A stretch of DNA of 64,000 nt, from positions 10,523 through 74,522 of the forward strand of contig DIVY01000003.1 in NCBI GenBank assembly GCA_002422535.1, in the 5' to 3' direction. The translations under genes were made by a program, and so were the position numbers. This document shows, piece by piece, positions 56,121 through 64,000 of the stretch (position 1 is its first letter; every line of letters begins with the position of its first letter). This DNA is from Bacillales bacterium UBA6120. Lineage in GTDB: Bacteria > Bacillota_I > Bacilli_A > RFN20 > CAG-826. The notes under the pieces are model-generated. The model had not been told where the DNA came from. It saw nothing but the letters and a program-made list of their open reading frames with translations, and searched no databases.

Positions 56121-57041
56121 ATGAATCCCAAATTTCGAAAACTTGCGCCACTTGTAAGAATTATCTTCGCTCCGCTTAGAGCCATCATGCGGTCGTTTTT
56201 CCCAATCACCTATGTCAAATGGCAGTACCGCTATTTAACAAGGCATCGGCTAAATTTAAAACACCCGCGGCGCTATACCGAAAAATTACAATATTTACGG
56301 CTTTTTGTTTACCCATACGATCCAGAGGTGAGTCGCTGCGCCGATCGCATTCGCGTTAGAAATTACTTAATTGAAAACGGCTTAGAAAAATATCTTATAC
56401 CATCACTGGGATATGTTGAACAGTTCCAACAAATTGATATTGGGGCGCTGCCTAATCAATTCGTATTGAAATGCAATCACGCGTGCGCTTTCAATCAAGT
56501 TGTGCTAGATAAGGCTACGCTGAATTCGCGATTGCTAAAACATAAATTCAAGAAATGGTTAAAAACCGATTATGGAAAACGGACCATTGAACGCCATTAC
56601 AGCAATATCATTCCCAAGATTTTAATTGAGGAATATCTTGGCGAGGGCAATACTTTACCGACAGAATACAAAATCCATGTCTTCAATGGCAAAGCTAAAA
56701 ACCTTTATGTGGTTACCGGCCGTGGCGGAGATATTCGCTATACCAATTTCTATATCGATTGGACCCCATTTGATGGGAGCCAATTCAATGGTTGGCGCAA
56801 AGCCGATGAGCCAATTAGCAAGCCCCGTAATTTTGATGAAATGGTGGCTTTGGCGGAGAAATTAGCGGCTCCTTTTCCGTTCGTGCGCGTTGATTTGTAC
56901 AATATTAATGGTAAAATATTTTTTAATGAGATGACGTTTACTCCTGCCAAAGGAACCTTATTGCTGGACGATGATTCCGTTGATTATCAAATGGGGGCCT
57001 GGCTTGACATAAGCGCCTATCAACCACAAGGAAATTCATGA
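56121..57041 (+). CDS. TupA-like ATP-grasp protein (polysaccharide biosynthesis-associated)
   Basis: About 306 aa. Motifs such as YKIHVFNGKAKNLYVVTGRGGDIRYTNFYIDWTPFD and the general length and hydropathy match the ATPgrasp_TupA family found in teichuronic-acid and EPS loci. The ATG at 56121 lies 11 nt after a TATAAT, with no SD. Confidence 0.55.
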   Translation: MNPKFRKLAPLVRIIFAPLRAIMRSFFPITYVKWQYRYLTRHRLNLKHPRRYTEKLQYLRLFVYPYDPEVSRCADRIRVRNYLIENGLEKYLIPSLGYVEQFQQIDIGALPNQFVLKCNHACAFNQVVLDKATLNSRLLKHKFKKWLKTDYGKRTIERHYSNIIPKILIEEYLGEGNTLPTEYKIHVFNGKAKNLYVVTGRGGDIRYTNFYIDWTPFDGSQFNGWRKADEPISKPRNFDEMVALAEKLAAPFPFVRVDLYNINGKIFFNEMTFTPAKGTLLLDDDSVDYQMGAWLDISAYQPQGNS

Positions 57042-57823
57042 AAAATAAACATTCACTAATTGGTCTTTCGCTTTTCGTACTCGTTTCCTGTGGACAAGAT
57101 GTCGCCTATGCCCTTGATAGAACGACTTACCATACTGACGTTTTTGCCGATAACATGTATCAGGACACCGTTTTAACATCAACGCTTGCTCCCGAATACA
57201 TTGCTTCGACGACTATTTACGCTGTCAATCAAGATAATTTAATCGCAGGAGTTACAAATTTAAAAGAAGCCGATCGCATGTATAACAATGCCGTGATAAA
57301 CGATGATGTTTTTATGAAAAATAACAAACTATCGCAGACTATTCCTGAATTAAAGTACGGCTTTGAAAGCAAATTATTCGACGGCATGCTCCATTGTAGC
57401 GATGCGATTCGCGTTAGCAAAAGCCGGCTTCAACTTCAAGAAAGTGGCTTTGGGTACGTATTTCCCAATACTTTAACATCCGGCACATTCACGGGACTAT
57501 ATATAAAAGCCGGCGCTGATACTTTATCAGGCGGGGTCTATATTAGCGATGTCAAAGTATCGCTTTCGTTTTATGAACCCCTAGATGCGATTAATTTTGC
57601 CAAACATGAATTTCAAATGGAAATTGCTAGTGTTCGTCGCAGTGACTTTCCCCAGTTTTATGGATTTTATTTTGATGATGTCGCCAGTGGATTTTCGCTT
57701 GATGGGGTGACCGCCTTCAGCGTCACCTATGATATCCTTGATGCGGCCGCTTCTGCAAGCAATCCTCATTATACCGCCTTGTTTGTTTATGAAATGGTCA
57801 TCGCAAAAAGCGTTTGGCATTAA
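57038..57823 (+). CDS. Hypothetical lipoprotein
   Basis: 261 aa with a signal peptide and lipobox (LFVLVSC-GQD). The remainder is Ser/Thr/Tyr-rich with no recognisable domain. Its ATG overlaps the upstream stop (ATGA). Confidence 0.6.
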   Translation: MKNKHSLIGLSLFVLVSCGQDVAYALDRTTYHTDVFADNMYQDTVLTSTLAPEYIASTTIYAVNQDNLIAGVTNLKEADRMYNNAVINDDVFMKNNKLSQTIPELKYGFESKLFDGMLHCSDAIRVSKSRLQLQESGFGYVFPNTLTSGTFTGLYIKAGADTLSGGVYISDVKVSLSFYEPLDAINFAKHEFQMEIASVRRSDFPQFYGFYFDDVASGFSLDGVTAFSVTYDILDAAASASNPHYTALFVYEMVIAKSVWH

Positions 57824-57830
57824 TTATTAA

Positions 57831-59222
57831 TTAAAAATTCGATTGAGCGACTACATCAGTGGTTCTATTTTTTATCTTACCTTGCCGCCCTTTTTCATAT
57901 GCGTATCCCACGAAGAATATTACTAACAAAAGTATTAATTCGGAGAAATAAGGTGTTTTATAAATGCGCACATCTTCACGAACGAAGGGCGCATATTCAT
58001 ATTGAAACATCGTGGTAAAAATATATGTCAAGGTGAAGGACATGATGATGATTTTGTGGTGTTTAGCATCTTGAGAAAATCTATAATAACTGATGAAGTG
58101 AAACACTGAAAAACCAAGGAACGCTAAATAGCCGAGGAACGCAAAAATGCCACCTTGGTAAAGGGTATCAAACACAGCGCTTTTGGTCGATTCAATGAAC
58201 GAGTTATTGACGATTATCGAATGGAAACCACCGAATGGATGTTGGAGTGCGGCTTGAATCACTTCGGCATATCCAACAACAAGATTATTTCCATATACAC
58301 GGCTTAAGATGGCATTGTTAGCGACCAAATCAACCGCAAAAGGTACTTCAAATGCGAATAGTAGTAAGAAGATGGCCGCTAAAGCGAAAAGTGCGCCAAA
58401 GGCAATAAAGGTGTTTTTAGTAATAGATTTAATACGAGAAGTATTCGGTAAGAATCTAAGGGCTAAAGCCATCAAGATAGCAGGTATCGCATATTTGAAT
58501 ACTGAAAATACGGGTAATAAAATGAGTGATAAGAGCCCTAAACCACCAGCTATAATCCAGGGCAAATCCCATTTTTTCAGTTGTTTGAATGGCACGAATA
58601 AAAGACCGGTTAAAAGCGAAGTTAGCAAGATACCATGACGGGAAAAGAAACTAACAACAACTTCTTTAAATTCGAATCCAAATAACCATTTGGCTTCATT
58701 CGATATAAGATAGGCTTCCCCATCAAAATATAAATTCATGCCCGCAAAACGTGTTACATAAAAGAAGGTATAACGCCACATTGTATAAACTAACGAGATC
58801 GTCAAAATAATCGCCAAACCTGACACAATCACCGCTAGGGCGCGGTCTAATTTGAATTCATCATTTAAGGCCATCGATATCCCAATTAATAGAAAACTAA
58901 TTAGCGAGAAGACCATGGCGATGTTGTCCACGACCGTTTGTAACACAAAATATAGTGGCGAAAAAGCCATAAAAACGCCGAAGGCAAAAAGAGGCAAAAT
59001 AAACATCAGTGACACATTTAGCCAATCTTCTTGTTTGTATCTTAAGATCGTGATAGGAATCAGCGCAAGCGCTAATAAAATCGCCAAATAACGAAAGAGC
59101 ATCCCGTAGTTTGCAAGATTCAAACTCGTAAACAATAACAATTCCATGACGAGAAATACTAATAAGGAGCCATACTTCTTTTGATAGTGTTCGAGCTGGC
59201 CTTTTTTCATTACCAATAACAT
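57831..59222 (-). CDS. Polytopic membrane protein, Wzy/O-antigen-ligase-like (putative polysaccharide polymerase)
   Basis: 463 aa with about 10-12 TM helices and a larger loop in the C-terminal third. The architecture and context fit Wzy or O-antigen-ligase-like proteins. Alternative ATG at 59210 overlaps the upstream stop (TAATG). Confidence 0.5.
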   Translation of the reverse strand: MLLVMKKGQLEHYQKKYGSLLVFLVMELLLFTSLNLANYGMLFRYLAILLALALIPITILRYKQEDWLNVSLMFILPLFAFGVFMAFSPLYFVLQTVVDNIAMVFSLISFLLIGISMALNDEFKLDRALAVIVSGLAIILTISLVYTMWRYTFFYVTRFAGMNLYFDGEAYLISNEAKWLFGFEFKEVVVSFFSRHGILLTSLLTGLLFVPFKQLKKWDLPWIIAGGLGLLSLILLPVFSVFKYAIPAILMALALRFLPNTSRIKSITKNTFIAFGALFALAAIFLLLFAFEVPFAVDLVANNAILSRVYGNNLVVGYAEVIQAALQHPFGGFHSIIVNNSFIESTKSAVFDTLYQGGIFAFLGYLAFLGFSVFHFISYYRFSQDAKHHKIIIMSFTLTYIFTTMFQYEYAPFVREDVRIYKTPYFSELILLLVIFFVGYAYEKGRQGKIKNRTTDVVAQSNF

Positions 59223-60163
59223 CCTTTCTCAACGTGTTCGGCCCCTTTGGGTAATTGTTCTGGTCGCGTCCACGATGAGGTGACAAAGCGGGTCACATGA
59301 CTCCGATTTTCCCATCTTCTCCCCATTATACCAAATAAGAGTTGCGTCGCTCCTCCCGTTTGAATCGCTTGGCGATTCAAGCTTTTTATGAACCAGCATA
59401 ATGGCGTTCCAAAGGCGCCCGCGCCAACAAGGGCGATATCAAATTCATGTTTGACGATTTCCATTTTTAGATAATCAAGCGCTTCAAACCAATTCAAAAA
59501 TCGTTCATCCAACTGGTCGCCAAGTGTTTGGACCGCTTCTACCGTCAACAAGGTAAAATCAGGAAGTACGGTCTCATTAGATATTATCTCGCGCCGCTTA
59601 GCATATTGTTTTTCAATCAATTTAGCAAATGGCGATATGACTAAGACGCGTTTCCCCGCTAATTGAGAGGTCCAATCTCCCATTAGTGGCTCAAACGCAT
59701 TGTATTGGATCACCCGAGCATGGGGAATATATTTTTGGTAGAAATAATCTTCCATATGAATCCCTGAAATTCCAAGAATATCCGTATTGGGTAAATCTTT
59801 AAAATAATGGGAAGCATAATAATTTAAATTGGCATCGGTCGTCGGGAAAAAGCCACCATTGTTTTTCATTGAGAATTTTACCGACTTTTTATAACTATGA
59901 CGCCAACCAAATTGAATTTTTTCGTAATTATTCAAACAACTTAGTTCCGTACCTCCAAACCTGATTGCGGCGAAAGGCAGACCACTTTTAATCGCATCTT
60001 TTAAAACTTTATTACTATATTCTTGGGTGATGCCTTTTTGCCCCGCAAATCGAAGTACCTTCTTTTTGCGGCGAAATAGTTTCCAAAGCAAAACAAACCA
60101 AGTATTCTTCAAAAAATATGCGAAATAAGTCGATTTTTTCTTATAGGGAACAAGAACGGCCAT
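59210..60163 (-). CDS. Hypothetical soluble protein in the glycan locus (possible glycosyltransferase; weak, unverified resemblance to GT-D/DUF1792)
   Basis: 317 aa with no secure motif (AAIRFGGTELSCL, RVLVISPF, DIALVGAGAFGTPL). It is co-oriented with the two patatin genes and overlaps the Wzy-like gene start. Confidence 0.4.
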   Translation of the reverse strand: MAVLVPYKKKSTYFAYFLKNTWFVLLWKLFRRKKKVLRFAGQKGITQEYSNKVLKDAIKSGLPFAAIRFGGTELSCLNNYEKIQFGWRHSYKKSVKFSMKNNGGFFPTTDANLNYYASHYFKDLPNTDILGISGIHMEDYFYQKYIPHARVIQYNAFEPLMGDWTSQLAGKRVLVISPFAKLIEKQYAKRREIISNETVLPDFTLLTVEAVQTLGDQLDERFLNWFEALDYLKMEIVKHEFDIALVGAGAFGTPLCWFIKSLNRQAIQTGGATQLLFGIMGRRWENRSHVTRFVTSSWTRPEQLPKGAEHVEKGCYW

Positions 60164-60164
60164 A

Positions 60165-61385
60165 TTAATTGATTAAACCGAAATGCACCGCGGCAAAAAA
60201 TAATTCGGGATAATGAAGGCCGAGCATTGTCTTCGTCTCTTGTGTCAAAGTTAGACCTTCTTTGGCGATTTGGCGTATCATGCCAAAGCGGATGTTTGGT
60301 TTCATACTCCGTAAACGGAATTGTTGCTCACTTGAGCGCTTTTTAATCCACGTTTCATGTTTAAGATTGGGGGTTATCGCTTGTTCGATTTCTTGTGTAA
60401 ATTGCGGTATTTCATAAATTTTTAACGGATCTAAACCAACGCCTTCGCCAATGATTTCTAAAAACCGTAAATACTTCGTGCGCGTCGTCATCGTGTCGTT
60501 GATCTTTTGTTTAATGGCAAAATTAAGTTCTTCAATTCCGGCTTCCTCAACGATATTCATGATGCGTTTGGCAATGGCGTCGAATGCGCTTGTGATTTTG
60601 AAGGTGTATTTATATCCAAGATATTTTCCAAATTTTTTCATCGTGTCTAGGTATCCTAAACGTGTATTTTTCGCCACGATTTCGCGACGAATCATTAAAA
60701 ATGGTCCTAGGTTATGATAACTTCGAATATAAGTAACCCGTGAATCGTCAACGTATTCGGGATGACTGAATTGCGCATTATTTAAATCGACGGCGATGAC
60801 ATGTTCTGCCCCAAGATTAAAAGCCAAATCAATTGGAAGGCGGTCATGATAGGCACCATCGATATATTGTTCGCCATTAATAACAGTGACGGGAAATGCC
60901 GGATAACAACTTGCGCTTGCTAGCAGATATTGGGATATTTCCTCTTTTTTTGTTTTCTTTATATTGATGTCTTTGCCACTGATTTTAGGATAAGTGGCGA
61001 CCGTGACGCCAAATTCAACGGGCGACTGAACTAGCTTATCGACATCGAGAAATTCTTCTATCAGCGATTTGAACGGGCTGATGTCAATCCCTTTGTTCTT
61101 GACATAAGAGGCGATGAATTTCAATAATTCGCGTTTATCGCTTCTTAGAATTTCATCAAGGTCAAGATTGATACCATGCTTCATGATTTTTTTCAATTCG
61201 ATATTGTGCCAAAGTTTTTCAAGCGTCGCTAAATCTTCACTGGCCATAATCGCGCCATTTAAGGCACCAATGGAAGCGCCAGTGATGACTTTATATTTAA
61301 TCTTCAACTCATTTAAGGCTTGGAAAAAGCCGACTTGGTAGGCACCTTTAGAGCCGCCACTTCCCAATGCGATACCGATTTTCAT
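60165..61385 (-). CDS. Patatin-like phospholipase (paralog 1)
   Basis: The N-terminal patatin domain has the oxyanion hole GSGGSKG, the nucleophile elbow GASIG and the catalytic Asp in DGAYHD. A C-terminal helical extension of about 180 aa follows. Confidence 0.8.
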   Translation of the reverse strand: MKIGIALGSGGSKGAYQVGFFQALNELKIKYKVITGASIGALNGAIMASEDLATLEKLWHNIELKKIMKHGINLDLDEILRSDKRELLKFIASYVKNKGIDISPFKSLIEEFLDVDKLVQSPVEFGVTVATYPKISGKDINIKKTKKEEISQYLLASASCYPAFPVTVINGEQYIDGAYHDRLPIDLAFNLGAEHVIAVDLNNAQFSHPEYVDDSRVTYIRSYHNLGPFLMIRREIVAKNTRLGYLDTMKKFGKYLGYKYTFKITSAFDAIAKRIMNIVEEAGIEELNFAIKQKINDTMTTRTKYLRFLEIIGEGVGLDPLKIYEIPQFTQEIEQAITPNLKHETWIKKRSSEQQFRLRSMKPNIRFGMIRQIAKEGLTLTQETKTMLGLHYPELFFAAVHFGLIN

Positions 61386-61402
61386 CGTAAGTCCTCCTTT
61401 AT

Positions 61403-62680
61403 TTAAATGTTAATTGTCCGATTGAAATTTTTATTGATTAACCGAAGCATCATGTATGTCAGTGAGTATTTGGCTTTCTTTGTTGTCCAAAGAGGAAGCG
61501 CTGATTCATGATACTTTTTTTCTAATACATATTTTATCGCTTCAAGTGCCGTCTTTTCATCTTTTGGTGAAAGATGTTTGCCTAATTGTATTTTTTTAAG
61601 AATGTCGATAAGCCGATGATTATCAAGAACGGACCATAATGTGCGATAAAGAAGGCGCGCTAGCTCATCAACTTTGTAAATTGGAGTTGGATCATATCGT
61701 AATGTTTCCGCTAAAATTTCGAGGCCCCGAAGAAACATTTGCCCCTGTTTCATTTTGCCGCCCGTATGTCGTTTAAGTAATACCATAATTTGATTGCTGA
61801 TATTTGAAAAATGCGTATCAATCGTCGTTTGCAACTGGTTATCAAGATCAATTAATTCATCATATGGAAAGAAAGTGTAGCGATAACCGATGAAGCCTCC
61901 TAATTTTTTCATGGCATCGTTATAGCCTAGCTTTTGATTGCGATCAATGATTTTTTGCGTAAAATTAAACGACATGCCAAGATTCCACGACGGCTCGATA
62001 TTAATTACATCACTTCTTCGGTTCAATAAGGGATGCCAATTAATGCGATAAAATAAATTAACCGCGATGACTTTGGTAGCCCCTAAATCAAATGCAAACT
62101 GAATCGGCAATGAATCTTTATAACCACCATCGATATATGTTTTTCCCTTAATTACTTTGACAGGAAATAATGGCCAAATGGCAGCGCTAGCAAATAGCCA
62201 ATCATACACTTCATCATCAGGGACATCTGCCAATACTACATTATGTTGTTTTAATAACGGCAGCGAGACGGTCACGATTCCATACTTTACTTTGGCTTGT
62301 TTTATTTCTTTAGGACTAATGTTCGCTTTAATAAGATCTATAAAAGGGGAAATATCGGCGCCTTTATTTTTGATATAGCGCTTTGTAAATGTAAAAATTA
62401 GTCGTCGCTGATATTTGAAAGTTTTGACTAATGCCTCCCACTGTAAATTGATGCCGTCTTTCATGACCTTCTCAGGACGGACATTTTGCCATAAATTTTG
62501 TCCTTCAACGTATTTATCAGCCGCCCAAAAAGCGCCAATTAAAGCCCCAATTGATGTTCCTGTGATGACTTTTGGTTGTATATTAAGTTCGCGAAGTGCT
62601 TGCCATACACCCATTTCATACGAGCCTAATGAGCCTCCGCCACCTAGGGCAATTCCCATTGTCTTAGTGCTATCATCCAT
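61403..62680 (-). CDS. Patatin-like phospholipase (paralog 2)
   Basis: Motifs GGGGSLGS, GTSIG and DGGY. Its architecture parallels the adjacent paralog, with a patatin domain plus a C-terminal extension of about 200 aa. Confidence 0.8.
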   Translation of the reverse strand: MDDSTKTMGIALGGGGSLGSYEMGVWQALRELNIQPKVITGTSIGALIGAFWAADKYVEGQNLWQNVRPEKVMKDGINLQWEALVKTFKYQRRLIFTFTKRYIKNKGADISPFIDLIKANISPKEIKQAKVKYGIVTVSLPLLKQHNVVLADVPDDEVYDWLFASAAIWPLFPVKVIKGKTYIDGGYKDSLPIQFAFDLGATKVIAVNLFYRINWHPLLNRRSDVINIEPSWNLGMSFNFTQKIIDRNQKLGYNDAMKKLGGFIGYRYTFFPYDELIDLDNQLQTTIDTHFSNISNQIMVLLKRHTGGKMKQGQMFLRGLEILAETLRYDPTPIYKVDELARLLYRTLWSVLDNHRLIDILKKIQLGKHLSPKDEKTALEAIKYVLEKKYHESALPLWTTKKAKYSLTYMMLRLINKNFNRTINI

Positions 62681-62744
62681 TGTTTCATTATATCATGACA
62701 GCCAATATACACGTGGATGCTATAATAATTTAATCGAGGTATAT

Positions 62745-64000
62745 ATGGAAATCAACAACATTATCGAATCGCAACAACAATATTTTAAAACAAATTGCAC
62801 CTATGAGGTCTCTTTCCGCATTGACGCTTTGAAAAAATTAAAGGCCAATATGTCACTAATGGAAGCGGACATTAGCGCGGCTTTAAAAATTGATTTGGGA
62901 AAATCTGAGGAAGAAGCCTATCTAACTGAAATCGGAATGGTTCACGAAGAAATTAGCTATATGCTTAAGCACATCAAACGTTTTGCCAAGGACAAACGAG
63001 TCCCCACACCATTGGTAAATTTTTATGGAAAAAGTTTCAGGCGTCCCGTCCCATACGGCAATGTATTAGTTATGAGTCCCTGGAACTATCCGTTTTTATT
63101 AGCCTTGGGTCCCACGGTTGATGCCATCGCCGCCGGTAACACGGTCATTATCAAACCTGGATCATACGCCGAGGCGACTGGAAACATTATCAAGAAACTT
63201 ATTGAGGCTACGTTTGAATCAAAATATGTCGCTGTCGTATTAGGTGGCCGTAACGAGAACCAAACATTGCTTGATAATAAGTTTGATTACATCTTCTTTA
63301 CCGGTTCAACAAGCGTTGGCCGTTATGTTATGGAAAAAGCATCGGCCCACCTGACACCGGTGACGTTAGAGTTAGGAGGTAAATCTCCCGCCATTGTCGA
63401 TATGACCGCCGACTTGAAAATCGCCGCGCGCCGCATCATATTTGGAAAACTGATCAACTGCGGACAAACTTGCATCGCTCCCGATTATTTGATTGTTCAT
63501 AAACTAATAAAACAGCAGTTTATTGAGCTTTTAATCAAAGAAATCGAACGACAATATGGAAAAGATTCACTCAAAGAAAATCGTTATGGCAAAATCATTA
63601 ATCAAAAACATTATGACCGCCTCGTTAGTTTGTTTCAGGATGAGCACCTTGCTTTTGGTGGCCGGCTTGACGCTGAAAAACTCAAAATCGAACCTGTGCT
63701 ACTTGATGAGGCAACATTAGACTCAAGGGCCATGAATGAGGAAATATTTGGTCCCATACTCCCAATATTGACGTTTGAAACGACCGAAGATATCCTCGAT
63801 ATCATCGATAAACATCCAACACCACTTGCCCTTTATTTATTCACCAAAGATTCTGTCAGAGAAAAACAAATATTGACTCATGTTCCCTTCGGTGGGGGTT
63901 GTGTCAATGACACGCTTGTTCACATAGCCACCACGAGTATGCCCTTTGGAGGCGTGGGAAATTCGGGGATGGGCAGTTACCATGGTTATGAAGGATTTAA
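62745..64000 (+). CDS. Aldehyde dehydrogenase family protein (class-3 ALDH-like), truncated at the window end
   Basis: An open frame runs from the ATG at 62745 (SD GAGGT 4 nt upstream) to the window end. It begins MEINNIIESQQQYF and contains ELGGKSP, the catalytic-Cys context GQTCIAPDY and EIFGPILPI. It is not in the ORF track because no stop falls inside the window. Confidence 0.85.
   Translation, partial: MEINNIIESQQQYFKTNCTYEVSFRIDALKKLKANMSLMEADISAALKIDLGKSEEEAYLTEIGMVHEEISYMLKHIKRFAKDKRVPTPLVNFYGKSFRRPVPYGNVLVMSPWNYPFLLALGPTVDAIAAGNTVIIKPGSYAEATGNIIKKLIEATFESKYVAVVLGGRNENQTLLDNKFDYIFFTGSTSVGRYVMEKASAHLTPVTLELGGKSPAIVDMTADLKIAARRIIFGKLINCGQTCIAPDYLIVHKLIKQQFIELLIKEIERQYGKDSLKENRYGKIINQKHYDRLVSLFQDEHLAFGGRLDAEKLKIEPVLLDEATLDSRAMNEEIFGPILPILTFETTEDILDIIDKHPTPLALYLFTKDSVREKQILTHVPFGGGCVNDTLVHIATTSMPFGGVGNSGMGSYHGYEGF

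Overview
The window is a 64-kb stretch of a low-GC Gram-positive (Bacillota-like) chromosome. Gene order matches Bacillus: sigH-rpmG-secE-nusG-rplK-rplA-rplJ-rplL-ybxB-rpoB-rpoC, the S10-spc-alpha ribosomal cluster, pcrA-ligA-gatCAB and tsaE-tsaB-rimI-tsaD. Almost everything is on the minus strand and densely packed. Many starts are GTG, TTG or CTG, and the ORF track often over-extends N-termini into the upstream ribosome-binding site; I corrected these where the RBS made it clear. Core content: rpoC (5' part), rpoB, L7/L12, L10, L1, L11, NusG, SecE, L33, SigH-like, RlmB, an MgtC-family protein, CysS, the complete S10-spc-alpha operon (rpsJ through rplQ, including infA, map, adk, secY and rpoA), a preQ1-riboswitch-controlled queuosine salvage operon (queT-tgt-queA-queH), degV, gatCAB, ligA, pcrA, asnS, the t6A operon, a leaderless YumC-like ferredoxin-NADP reductase, a TPP riboswitch with thiT, ung, and a partial aldehyde dehydrogenase at the window end. 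Two small ribosomal genes missing from the ORF track (rpmG, rpmJ) were recovered by hand. Accessory-looking parts: a divergent ktrBA K+ uptake operon inserted between nusG and rplK; an uncharacterised three-gene membrane operon with a divergent secreted CxxC thioredoxin-fold protein (42.1-44.5 kb); and a cell-envelope glycan locus at 52.6-62.7 kb (three GT4 glycosyltransferases, a TupA-like ATP-grasp protein, a lipoprotein, a Wzy-like polytopic membrane protein, an unknown enzyme and two tandem patatin-like phospholipase paralogs). No mobile elements, CRISPR array, rRNA or tRNA were seen. No single system could be called novel with confidence. The strongest candidates for undescribed biology are the membrane operon with its thioredoxin-like partner, the tandem patatin-like lipases embedded in the glycan locus, and the ORF-free 413 bp upstream of cysS.
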